Assembly: GCF_023055435.1 (NCBI RefSeq)
Contig: NW_025964235.1
Span: 1,550,001 to 1,614,000 of the forward strand
Length of the DNA stretch: 64,000 nucleotides
Source of the DNA: Haliotis rufescens
Taxonomy: Eukaryota
Direction of reading: 5' to 3'
Shown: positions 26,614 through 38,732 of the stretch, piece after piece
How the letters are laid out: every line of letters starts with the position of its first letter
How positions within the stretch are numbered: position 1 is the first letter of the stretch
The notes under the pieces: generated by a model
Told to the model about the DNA's origin: nothing
The model's input: only the letters and a program-made list of their open reading frames with translations
Database searches by the model: none
Made by a program: the position numbers and the translations under genes

Positions 26614-27680
26614 TAAATACAGAAGGCAATATCCTGCTACCACACAGACGGTTATACCCTGAGAGTGTAACGCTATGAGCAGCCACTTGGTGAATGGAAT
26701 TTGGCGCATTATAAATGCATATATTATTGTTATACTCTTCTGGTAAATACAGAAGGCAATGCCCTGCTACCACACAGACGGTTATACCCTGAGAGTGTAA
26801 CGCTATGAGCATCCACTTGGTGAATGGAATTTGGCGCATTATAAATGCATATATTATTGTTATACTCTTCTGGTAAATACAGAAGGCAATGCCCTGCTAC
26901 CACACAGACGGTTATACCCTGAGAGTGTAACGCTATGAGCAGCCACTTGGTGAATGGAATTTGGCGCATTATAAATGCATATATTATTGTTATACTCTTC
27001 TGGTAAATACAGAAGGCAATGCCCTGCTACCACACAGACGGTTATACCCTGAGAGTGTAACGCTATGAGCATCCACTTGGTGAATGGAATTTGGCGCATT
27101 ATAAATGCATATATTATTGTTATACTCTTCTGGTAAATACAGAAGGCAATGCCCTGCTACCACACAGACGGTTATACCCTGAGAGTGTAACGCTATGAGC
27201 ATCCACTTGGTGAATGGAATTTGGCGCATTATAAATGCATATATTATTGTTATACTCTTCTGGTAAATACAGAAGGCAATGCCCTGCTACCACACAGACG
27301 GTTATACCCTGAGAGTGTAACGCTATGAGCAGCCACTTGGTGAATGGAATTTGGCGCATTATAAATGCATATATTATTGTTATACTCTTCTGGTAAATAC
27401 AGAAGGCAATGCCCTGCTACCACACAGACGGTTATACCCTGAGAGTGTAACGCTATGAGCATCCACTTGGTGAATGGAATTTGGCGCATTATAAATGCAT
27501 ATATTATTGTTATACTCTTCTGGTAAATACAGAAGGCAATGCCCTGCTACCACACAGACGGTTATACCCTGAGAGTGTAACGCTATGAGCATCCACTTGG
27601 TGAATGGAATTTGGCGCATTATAAATGCATATATTATTGTTATACTCTTCTGGTAAATACAGAAGACAATGCCCTGCTAG
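26614..27680. repeat. 130-bp tandem repeat, about 8 copies
   Basis: Near-identical 130-bp units. Confidence 0.95.
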
Positions 27681-28091
27681 TAAATTCAGGAGTACATTAC
27701 ATCCCACTCGTCGTTTATTTCTTAAATATAACGTGTCCAACTGTCCGTGTATATTCAAAGTAATAATGTACTCTGAGGCGCCGTTTTACTATTTATTCCC
27801 TATTTTATGATGTCAATAATACATGAACAACGTGCACATCCTGGTTGAATTATTCTCATTTATACTGAAGAGTTGGCATACTTGTTGTAACAAGCTTGCC
27901 CCGCTCTCTTGAGATGAGGACCCGCCTGTCACTGGATCCTACTCCCCTGCGCGCGGGCACGGCTCATGTCGGTTTCTTTAATGCAACTGCTGAACAACTG
28001 TCACACTCCACAACAACTCGGAGTCAACGACCACGGCCTCAGGGAAAGATTTCATTTCAACCAATTAATTAACATTTTGTTTCTCCGTCAG

Positions 28092-28161
28092 ATACACCCT
28101 GACAAACAACAACGTTCTTGTCCGCGTCATAAACTACGGCGCCACCGCCACTGACATCCCG
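28092..28161 (+). pseudogene. Orphan truncated exon 2 of a B-type GALM gene
   Basis: Acceptor ttctccgtcag then YTLTNNNVLVRVINYGATATDI, closely matching exon 2 of B1 (40884) and B2 (60246). It breaks off mid-exon and no partner exons were found. Confidence 0.85.
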
Positions 28162-28590
28162 GCCAAACATGACGTATACTGCCAGGCTAACGTATTCTCA
28201 TTTTGACCGATAGACCAGTTCTCCCCGCTCCTCCTCGGCCATATGTCAACCGAAGAGCAAACACGTAGATTCAAGAGGTAGAGCCGAAACTTCCAAACTC
28301 CTAGACATGCCCTACTTTTGCATGATCAACTTAACAACCTGTATTCTTCTAAACTTCTAATGTTATGTTTTTTAAACGGAAGGGAAGTAACTGCAATTGG
28401 TCTTCATTGACCTAGAAGAGATTAAAGATTATGGGCAAGTGGGTAGCTTGGTGCTTTTAGCGACATCTCCTGGTCAGAAGCCGTGTTGAGCCGGGCTTGT
28501 AACACAGTCTACCACAGTTCGCCAAGTCCACCACAGTCCGCCACAGTCAGCCAAGTCCACCACAGTCCACCACAGTCTGCCAAGTCCACC

Positions 28591-31500
28591 ATGTCGCGCG
28601 TTACACAGAACAGCTACGGTCAGACGAGGGACGGAAAAGAGGTGACCAGGTAGGTCTGTGGTAAAGTCAGTCAGGTCATTTTCAGGTCAAGGCATGTCAC
28701 TAGACTTGTTACACGTCCCGATATTATAAAGCCGTTAAAGAGGGACTAGGCTCTAGAGTCAGTCTAGACGATGTAATGAGTGCTCTTGTGTCAAGACATT
28801 GGCAGTGTGTAATAACGATAGTTAATCTGTCATGACTGGGGGGTATTTAAACACACAGCCTTCTTGATGGTGATCTTTGACTACTTTTGAGTAGTATATG
28901 CTAGTAATTGCTTTCACGTGGTTGTATTGAACTCCACAGTGTTCGAGGTTAGGTGAGTCGGAATCCACGTCGCGTCCAAGATTATTGCACTTATATAGCG
29001 ACGTGCATGCACGTGTATGTGTCTGTGTGTCTGCTTGTACTAGTCCGGGCTGATGCCGATTTAATAGTGCTAGCCCACTGAGATACGATGCTGGAGTTTA
29101 ACATGAATACCCCACTCAGACACAGTATACTGACTCCGAGTCCGTGTTTTAGCCCCTTAATGCCGAGCGTCAGACAGGGTAGAAACAAGAAACATCTTTT
29201 TAACGTTTGTTGGTATGACGCGACCGGGGATCCAAGCCCGGAACTTCCGGTCTAGACTCGACAGACCTTTGGTTGATATCCTGACATGCGCAGCGCCCTT
29301 ACAGTACAATGCCGTGCAAGCACTTGTTATTGGGGACCACAATCGGAATCTCATGAGATACAACCTATGTGTCTGAATTATGTATATTATTTGTGACAGA
29401 TTGTTGAAGAACATCCGTACGATATTAATGTAAGAAAGTAGTTGCATTGTGAATTCAACATCATCTTATAAATTTTTTTAATACTGACTTGTCTAATATA
29501 AAATAAAGGATAGGAAATATAAATCGTTAATTTGAAGCGAATAACCAGTCTTGATTATCCACCGATTTCATAAAAGCAAAATAGCTGTGAAAATTATATG
29601 AACGGACCAATGAAAATCAGTGATGACACCAAGTGTTCGCGAAAAGGGTATGATTTTAATTTCAATAGACAACTGTTATGCATTTTTGGTATTTTGTAAC
29701 CGGTTTCAGGTTTACGTTGACAAACAAGAACGACGTCGTGGTCCGCATCATCAACTACGGCGGTACCATCACAGAGATCCGGGTGCCAGACAGAGCGGGG
29801 AGGGTCGCGGACATCTGCCCAGGCTTTGAAGACATTGAAGGTGTGAGTGAGTGAGTGAGTGAGTGAGTGAGTGAGTGACGCTACCTTCATCAGTATTTTC
29901 AGCCATATCATGGGGGCTTCACACATTGTACCAATCTGGGGAATCGAACGCTGGCCTTCGGCGTGACGAGCGAGCACTTGAACCACACGGCTATGAATTG
30001 ATATTTAAATTGTGTAAGGAGGTATGGCGGGAAGCTAGAGAGGAGGTTTCACACTCTGAAGACGGAGGGGGCCGACACTGAGGCGGTCTCACTCCCTAGT
30101 CAGTATCCCTGCGACATCTTGGCGGCCTACGGTGTGAGTGAGTGAGTGAGTGAGGCAGACCAGTACATGGTTGACGGTATTTGTCGCTGGCCCTCCGTAC
30201 AATCGGGACACCCTACACAGGCCGGGACACAGATGAGTGTCAGACTCTATAGTTCATGGACCACAATATGTTTTGTTACACCATAGGTATTTCTATTGTT
30301 TGTTTCAAACCATGACCAAGTCCAACGTTAACTGGTTGGGACATGTCTTCAGGACTGTTAACCACATTCCAATGTCACCTCTCTCTGCAAGGTTACCAAG
30401 CCAACCCCATCTACATGGGCGCTCTTGTGGGCCGTGTGGCTGACCGCATTGCCGGAGCCACCTTCGCCCTTGACGGCAAAACCTACAACCTCAACGCCAA
30501 CGACCGCCAGGAGGCCAACAACTTCGTGCACGGTGGCACTAAGGGTTTTGACAAGGTACGCCTATTAACACGTGATACACTCACTTGTTCATGTATGCCA
30601 CCAATTCCGTGCATCAAGAGGGTGCACGTATTGACTGGAAGCGTCCTGTTCACCAATGTCCCTGTTCCATTGAAGCATTTGCTGTCGTTCGTGAATACAT
30701 GAGCAGCTGTCCAAGCCGTCGTGACATGATGGCACACAATCAGCCAGGTCACAGACCGACCAGCAAGTCCTAACATTTCTTAGGTTATTATACTCCGCAC
30801 TCAGCAATATTCCAGCTATATGATGGCGGTCTGTAAATAATCGTGTCTGGACCAGACAATCCAGTGATTGATATCATGAGCATCGATCCACGCAACTGGG
30901 ATACGATGGCATGCATCAAACAAGTCAGCGAGTCTCACCACCCGATCCCGGTAGTCGCCTCTTAGGACAAGCCTCGGTTGCTGGTGACCAATTCTAAACC
31001 GGATATTCAGGTGTATCCAATAAGAGATCGTCATTTGATCACGTGACTTACATTTATAGCGTGCTGAAATGCAGCTGAAGCAACAATCTCATTAAGCTTA
31101 GTTGTGGGTAATAATATTGCAGCGCTTGGAGCATACATTTCGCATGGAGCTGTAATTTGTTATATTCACATCATAACCACGAAGATGAGTTAGAACTATC
31201 TTCAGTAACCTATCCTTGCAGTAAGAGGCGACTATTGGGATTGGGTGGTCAGGCTCGCTGTCTTGGTTGATGCATGTCATCGTATCTCAATTGCGTGGAT
31301 CGATGCTCATGATGTCAATCACTGGATTGTCTGGTCCAGACTCGATTATTTACAGATCGTCGTCATAGAGCTGGAATATTGCTGAGTGCGTCGTTATACA
31401 ACGAACAAACAAACGAACATGGAGGAATATGTGTTTATGGTGTTTTTAATAGATATCATTAATTCATGACTGACGTGATTTGGTTTGTAGGTTAGCTCGA

Positions 31501-34500
31501 AGACTAAACGTGAAAAAAACATGTGCTTTGCGAGAACCAACACGGCAAAAAACTTTCCGTTTTCACTTTTCCAATATAGGGACAGAAGAGATTATCATTT
31601 AATTTGATATGTAATTCCTGTAAGAACATAAGACTCCTCTATCATCCGAATATGTATACATTGAGAACGCTTCTGTCTGAATATGTATACATTGAGAACG
31701 CTTCTGTCTGAATACGTATACATTGAGAACGCTTCTGTCTGAATATGTATACATTGAGAACGCTTCTGTCTGGTGACTAAGAGACTCATGTAAATACCTA
31801 TGTCAAAGTTATTCAATGAGACAAAGATTTTGCAAATACTGGAATAATATAATGCAAGTTATGTATGAATTCATATACCATTGCAATATGTACATATGCA
31901 CTTTCCCTGTACACAAAAGACTTGACTTGACTAATCGTATGAAATCCCTACTACTAGTACATCATAAGTATGGGTTTAAGAATCACAAGCCAATAGTAAA
32001 CATTAACATGATAGTGTTTCATGCACGAAGTCGCATGACGATGGTTCTAAACCGCACTGTCCACATTCTGCTTCCAACAGATGCTCTGGGATGCCACCAT
32101 AGAAGGGAATAAGTTAGTGTTGAAGTATGTCAGCCCTGACGGAGAGGAGAACTTCCCAGGGGAGGTAACCACGGTGGTGACGTATGAGTTAGATGACGAC
32201 AACGGCTTGACTCTCGAGTACACAGCGACCACCACCAAGGCCACGCCCATCAACCTCACGAACCACGTGTATTTTAACCTGGCCGGACATGTGAGTAATG
32301 GACGGGAAATGAATCTTTCCATAGAGACTGGGATTGGGTAGTTCTTCAAAGTTCTGTTCTGCCTGTTGGGATTTTCCTATTGTTTGTGGCGAGATCTGCC
32401 TGTTGGGATTGCCCTATTGTTTGTGGCGACATCTGCCTGTAGGTGAGGTGAGGTGAAATGGGGTTTAACATCGCGTCCAAGATTATTGCACTTATATAGC
32501 GACGTGCATGTACGTGTGTGTGTTTGTGTGGCTGCTTGTACTAGTCCGGACTGATGCTGATTTATAGTGCTAGCTCACTGAGATACCATGCCGCAGTTTA
32601 ACATGAATATCCCACTCAGACACAGTATACTGACTCAGAGCCGACCAGTCCTTGTTTTAGCCCCATAATGCCGAGCGCCAGACAGGGTTACAACAAGTAC
32701 CATCTTTTAACGGCTATTGGTATGACGCGGCCGGGGATTGAACCCCGGACCTTCCGCTCTCCGGGCGGACGCTCTACCACTAGACCACGGAGGCGGTCTC
32801 TGCCTGTAGGGATTGTCCTATTGTTTGTGGCGAGATCTGCCTGTTGGGATCGTTCTATTGTTTGTGGCGAGATCTTCCTGTAGGGATTGTCCTATTGTTT
32901 ATGGCGAGATTTGCCTGTTGGGATCGTCCTATTGTTTATGGCGAGATCTGCCTGTTGGGATCGTCCTATTGTTTATGGCGAGATCTGCCTGTTGGGGTTG
33001 TCCTATTGTTTATGGCGAGATCTGCCTGTTGGGATCGTCCTATTGTTTATGGCGAGATCAGCCTGTTGGGATCGTCCTATTGTTTGTGGCGAGATCTGCC
33101 TGTTGGGATCGTCCTATTGTTTATGGCGAGATCTGCCTGTTGGGATCGTTCTATTGTTTGTGGCGAGATCTTCCTGTAGGGATTGTCCTATTGTTTATGG
33201 CGAGATTTGCCTGTTGGGATCGTCCTATTGTTTATGGCGAGATCTGCCTGTTGGGATCGTCCTATTGTTTATGGCGAGATCTGCCTGTTGGGATTGTCCT
33301 ATTGTTTATGGCGAGATCTGCCTGTTGGGATCGTCCTATTGTTTATGGCGAGATCAGCCTGTTGGGATCGTCCTATTGTTTGTGGCGAGATCTGCCTGTT
33401 GGGATCGTCCTATTGTTTGTGGCGAGATCTGCCTGTTGGGATCGTCCTATTGTTTGTGGCGAGATCTGCCTGTTGGGATTGCCCTATTGTCCTCGCCACT
33501 TGAGGGATGAAAACTCAATTATGGTGTTTATTGGCAAAAAAAGTTGGACATTTCTTGAAAAGCGCACTATACAATTTTTGCCAGTAATGTAAGTAATATT
33601 CCCTATGGGCGGAATGGCTTGGTTTCACTTTATAAGTATTAGCACACATGCAGCTGTCTTCGTGATTCTATTACAAGTGACCAGGACTGTAGTGTGTCAG
33701 GCAAAATGTTCCTTTTGAGGTTGTCGTATTGTTTAGGACGCGATGTATTCGGACAGGCCATGGTCAGATATGTTTTCTAATTTGTTTTCTAATAGTAAAC
33801 AAAACTTAGATATCAAAACAGAGAAAAGCACATATCTGGTTTTGAACATCCTCACAATCTGACAAAGTAGACACAATTTATGGATAACTACTTCTTTAAT
33901 ACTGTAAAGGCGACGTTTCGGTATAGATCCTTATACCGCTGTCAAGAAGGGTCCATTAATTGTCTACTTTGTCATCCCTCATCCGCCAAGTACTTCCTAT
34001 CCAGCAATTCCTCACAATCTGATCTCGTAGCTTTAATCCTTTACACTGTTTCAGGGCGCGGGAGCAGCAGAGTTGGAGAACCACGTGGCGACAGTGAAGG
34101 CTGACACATATCTACCTATGAATAACCTCTATATACCAACAGGTGCATACACATAGACTGTATACAGTCTGCAACCACTTTATCTGCATTTAAGAAATTG
34201 ATGCTAAGATGATAATCTGAAACCGTGTTATCCGAATGGTACGGTAAGTAAGATTGTGTGTATTAACATATGTCCGGATTAATAACGACATGGGTTGGTA
34301 GTTATCTCCCTTGAAGTATAGAAGACATCCGTGGGGTGGGGTAGCCTCGTGGTTAAAGCGTTCACACCTCACGCCAAAGGCCGGGGTTCGATTCCTCACA
34401 TGGTTACAATGTGTGAAATCAACACCTAGTGTCTCCAGTTGTGATAATGCTGGAATATTGCCACTACTCACTCACTACTAGACGCCCCATGTCCGGGATG

Positions 34501-36536
34501 TACGGGGTCCAGACCAGCGCGGTTTCACTGTACATGACCTTGTTGTATATATATGCAGGTGAAATCCAAGATGTGACTGGTCAGCCCCAAGACCTCCGGA
34601 CACCCACCCGTGTAGGTGACCGGCTGCACAATCCCAAGGTAGACAGAGGCTTCACCTGTAATTACAACCTGCAGGTGACGGGGAACAAAGAGTTTGCCGC
34701 CAGGTAAGCGGCCGACCACCTGATGCCCAAACTGGAAAAAAGATAATTTGGTCTCCCCGAAAATGTTCGGTGGACATGAACAGCAATATGTAAGTTAGTG
34801 ATTCTCGTCTTTAAGGAGGAGTATTAAACAAATATCGCCACTCACTCACGTCACGTTGCTTTCTCCACAGATTCGAACACCCAGGGTCGGGCCGGTACTT
34901 CGAGTGTTCCACCACCGAGCCTGCCCTGATGTTCTACACAGGGCACTGGCTCAACAACCCCGGGAAGGGAGGGGCGGTGTATGGGAGGTACTCCGCGTTC
35001 TGTCTCGAGGCTCAACACTACCCCGACAGCGTCCACAACGTGAGTTGTTCACAGATTCATTTTCTTTATGATATAATAATTATTAAGGAAGAGAATGTAT
35101 GGATGTCAACTTCTTTGTTATGAGGAACAAAAAACGTTTCGGAGTATATTCCTACTCCTTTATTCCTGTTCTTTTACCTATCAGCGCTAATTACCCCCGG
35201 CCTGATGAAGGAGTAAGTATATTTTCCGAAACGTTGTGTTCCTCATAATAAAGACCTTGACATCCATAAATTCTCTTGCTTATGTGTATCACTTCTTAAT
35301 GCCTTTCTAAGACTTGATAATATTTATTCATATGAAAACAACCAACAAACGGTAAATAATGTTTCTGACAGAAATATAACGAATGAAATACCCATCGAAA
35401 CCTGGAGGTAAAGGTCGTCTTGCTTTTCACGAAAACTTTGCATTGTTTATCGGAAAAAGTCAAACTGATAAACATGAAATCATGTTCAAGTGGTGACTTC
35501 ATATAACAGCAATCTCCACGAAATATAACGTTTACGACAAAGCAAATTCCCCATAAAGGAGTGAGTGAGTGAGTTGAGTTTGACGCCGCTTTTAACAGTA
35601 TTCCAGTTTAACACAGCGTGTCACCTAATGTGAGAGGAAAGTTTACCACTTCGGTGAAACCCACGAGCACGGTATGGTGCTGACAAACCTAGAAACATAA
35701 TCAGGGCGAACCGGGATTCGAACCCACAATCATAGGTTTCTGGCGTGCCCAAGTGACGCAACTCTGCACAGCGAATCGCGGCGCCTCAGACGACTGGGCC
35801 ACCCGTGACCCCCATAAAGGACAACAGCCTTTATTACAAAATGGCTGTTTACAGTTGTATCAAGTTGAGTTTGATATGAACATTAAGTTTATTACACTTT
35901 GTTAGATTGGCTACTTTTCTGCCTGCCACGTCCCGAGGCAAGGGAGTTAACTGACTATAAAAACTAAACTTTTAAGTCAGATGCCTCCCTTGCCTATGGA
36001 AGATGGGCGGATGGTTCTCTGGGTCACAGAACCACGCTGCTTGTCAGACAGGCTTTCTCCTGTGATATACCGCTTTGTCTCCCATCTTCCTCCTGGGATA
36101 TACCGCTTTATCTCACAGTTGTTAAATTATAGTATAAAATATAATATAAAGGAAGCAAGAGACGGTTCATTATCCTGACACTGCATCTAGACTTGTCAAA
36201 TAATATAGACTTGCATGGGCTGTGTTTCAGGGTCTGCGTTTCAGGGTCTGTGTTTCACGGTCTGTGTTTCAGGGTCTGTATGACAGACTACCGCTTTATC
36301 CCAAAAACTTGAGTAAAGTTCTGCGATTATCTGACCTCAGAGTCCCTCTTGTTTTTACTGCTGTACATTTTTCAAGATTTAACTATAGGTAACGTGATCG
36401 AATGCTGATCTCTCATTGAACAAGTCTTCAGCTTTAATTCTGATCTGTTTAGCCCAAGTTCCCTAGCACCATCCTACACCCTGGAGAGACGTACCGTCAG
36501 AGCACCACCTATCGGTTTGGAGTCATGACGTCATAG
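28591..36536 (+). CDS. GALM: Aldose 1-epimerase / galactose mutarotase-like, copy A2 (8 exons, 349 aa)
   Basis: Exons 28591-28649, 29710-29840, 30392-30555, 32081-32290, 34055-34142, 34559-34703, 34871-35039, 36453-36536. Same exon sizes as A1; 13 amino-acid differences by manual count. Confidence 0.95.
28948..29252 (-). mobile_element. tRNA-headed SINE, family D (5' truncated)
   Basis: Matches 18621-18972. Confidence 0.75.
30783..31418. mobile_element. Two family B copies in divergent orientation (30783-31012 minus, about 31175-31418 plus)
   Basis: Inverted homologous bodies. Confidence 0.75.
31648..31771. repeat. 31-bp tandem repeat, 4 copies
   Basis: Unit gaatatgtatacattgagaacgcttctgtct. 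Confidence 0.9.
32357..33490. repeat. 37-bp minisatellite split by a family D SINE (A2 intron 4)
   Basis: Same unit as 18399-19146, with a larger copy number 3' of the SINE. Confidence 0.92.
32441..32798 (-). mobile_element. tRNA-headed SINE, family D
   Basis: Same insertion site as in A1 intron 4. Confidence 0.82.
34333..34477 (+). mobile_element. Family A SINE
   Basis: A/B boxes and ACTC tail. Confidence 0.75.
35088..35278. mobile_element. Inverted pair of Penelope-type termini with a minimal hammerhead-like core
   Basis: About 75-bp inverted repeats (35088-35163 and 35203-35278); the right arm has CTGATGA-aggagtaagtatattttcc-GAAAcgttg. Confidence 0.6.
35559..35813 (-). mobile_element. 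tRNA-headed SINE, family C
   Basis: Near full-length match to 69-338. Confidence 0.8.
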
Positions 36537-37168
36537 ATCTGTCTGGAGTGTGACCGGCTGGAGGCGCCATTGTTTCCATGGTGACGGATAAACGACACTT
36601 CCATTAAGAGATGATCTGCATCCCTTATGCGTGTAAAATGGCATTCGTATCTCATGACATATTCAGACATTTTTGGGGGTAGAATTTTGAACCTTACTAT
36701 ATATTCCAGATCGTGAAGGTGACTGATATCATTTTGGAGGTATTGATGTTATAACATTTCATGAACTCATTACTGTAAGAAATATATTTTGTTGTAACAC
36801 CCTTGTAGTTGAGTTATGGAACCTAAGAAAGACGTCCATGTGACCCTACCCCAACTACCTCAAGCATGTCGCGTGAACCAGCTGAGATAAGATCACACTA
36901 TTACCGGGACCTGTGGTTATTTTGTCACACATCTCTATAATCCCAGTTGTTACACACTTTGGGAGGAGGACAGAAGGACAACGTCGCTAAGGCGAAGCAA
37001 GTGTCATACTTAAACACAGACTTACAGCATCCAGTGTCCCATGTCTTGTTTAATGAACAGCGGTCTATTTCGAACAAAGTCACCTGTACAAGGTGATACC
37101 ACATGTACTGAGTGTGTTTGAGTGTTGGGCAAGAACCAAGCCTTTTAAACTCTCAGGAGCCAAGCTGA

Positions 37169-37361
37169 TGTGTGTAACCTAGGTGCGGTTGTGTGTAACC
37201 TAGGTGCGGTTGTGTGTAACCTAGGTGCGGTTGTGTGTAACCTGGGTGCGGTTGTGTGTAACCTGGGTGCGGTTGTGTGTAACCAGGGTGCGGTTGTGTG
37301 TAACCGAGGTGCGGTTGTGTGTAACCTGGGTGCGGTTGTGTGTAACCTGGGTGCGGTTGTG
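37169..37361. repeat. 21-bp tandem repeat, about 9 copies
   Basis: Unit tgtgtgtaacctgggtgcggt. Confidence 0.9.
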
Positions 37362-37619
37362 CAAAGCGATCTTAGCGCTAAGGTGATCGTAACTTCCATA
37401 CCCTAACATGGACTTACGACAGTCGAAGCCCTAAGGTTGTTTTGTACCACGGCACCCTGAGCCCTGGACACGCGCCACGTGACTTGTTTAGGTTTTTGTC
37501 ATCTTGCTTGCTTATCTAACTGATCCCGTGACCTTACATAATCTATACTGTCTTGTACTCAGAGGTAGCCTTGACCTGAAGACGTCTCCTGACACGGAAC
37601 GCATGCCTGCTGAAAAGAG

Positions 37620-37842
37620 CGAGTGAGTGAGTTGAGTTTGACGCCGCACTGCACAGTATTCCAGTTATATCACGGCGTGTCAGCTTAATGTGGGAGGAAA
37701 GCTCGAAGTGATGCAGGTCTCAGACGTTTACCACTTCGGTGAAACCCACGAGCACGGGTATGGTGCTGACAAACCTAGAAACATGATCAGGGCGAACCGG
37801 GATTCGAACCCACAATGGTTTCTGACGCGCCCGAGGGACGTT
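37620..37842 (-). mobile_element. tRNA-headed SINE, family C (5' truncated)
   Basis: Matches the body and tail of 69-338. Confidence 0.75.
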
Positions 37843-37906
37843 GCTGAAACGAAGTCGCGAATGTGAATATACACTTCCATGTACCCAACATCTCTTACAC
37901 ACTTAA

Positions 37907-38131
37907 GACCCGTGAAGATCCGGGGTAGAATAGGTCTTCAGCAACCCATGCTTGCCGTAACAGGATCGGGTGGTCAGGCGCACAGACTTGGTTGATGCAT
38001 GTCATCGTATCCCAATTGCGTAGATGGATGCTCATGATGTCAATCTCTAGATTGTCTGGCCCAGACTCGATTATTTACAGACCGCGGTCTGGAATATTGC
38101 TGAGTGCGGCGTTAAACAACAAACAAACAAA
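37907..38131 (+). mobile_element. SINE-like retroposon family B
   Basis: Starts gacccgtgaagatccggggtagaataggtcttcagcaaccc; AAAC tail. Confidence 0.8.
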
Positions 38132-38362
38132 TACACACTTAAGTATCTCTATATATGATGCATTTCGTTACAGCTCTGTGTGTGTGAGCTAGTTGACGGT
38201 GTAACATTTGGACAGTTCCTACAATGTCGTGACCGCTAAATGTGCGATAATTAGGTTTTCTAGTATAAATACAAGGCTCGTTCATTTAAAAAAAATGTAC
38301 TAACAAAATGGACTACATTTTAATTTTTAAATTAAGGACCACCTGATTCTTTCACATTACTA

Positions 38363-38562
38363 AGCTAATCTGCCATGCCATGACACACTAACTGTAGCTG
38401 ATCTGCCATGCCATGACACACTAACTGTAGCTGATCTGCCATGCCATGACACACTAACTGTAGCTGATCTGCCATGCCATGACACACTAACTGTAGCTAA
38501 TCTGCCATGCCATGACACACTAACTGTAGCTAATCTGCCATGCCATGACACACTAACTGTAG
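38363..38562. repeat. 33-bp tandem repeat, 6 copies, just upstream of B1
   Basis: Unit tagctgatctgccatgccatgacacactaactg. Confidence 0.9.
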
Positions 38563-38732
38563 TGATATGAAAGCATTGGGTGGTCCTTAACTTCTTTTGA
38601 GTAGTATATATCACGAATGCTTTATCTGGTTTCTAGAACAGTAGTAGTTGTTGTGACACTTAAAAGACAACAACGAAGGGAGGTTATCACTGCGCGGCGT
38701 GTATTAGGTAACATTTGCGAGTTGACGTTTCA

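Noticed and set aside
14217-36536. A1/A2 as an uncollapsed haplotype artefact
   Set aside because: Most intron interiors, insertions and flanks differ completely, which is far more than allelic variation would explain.
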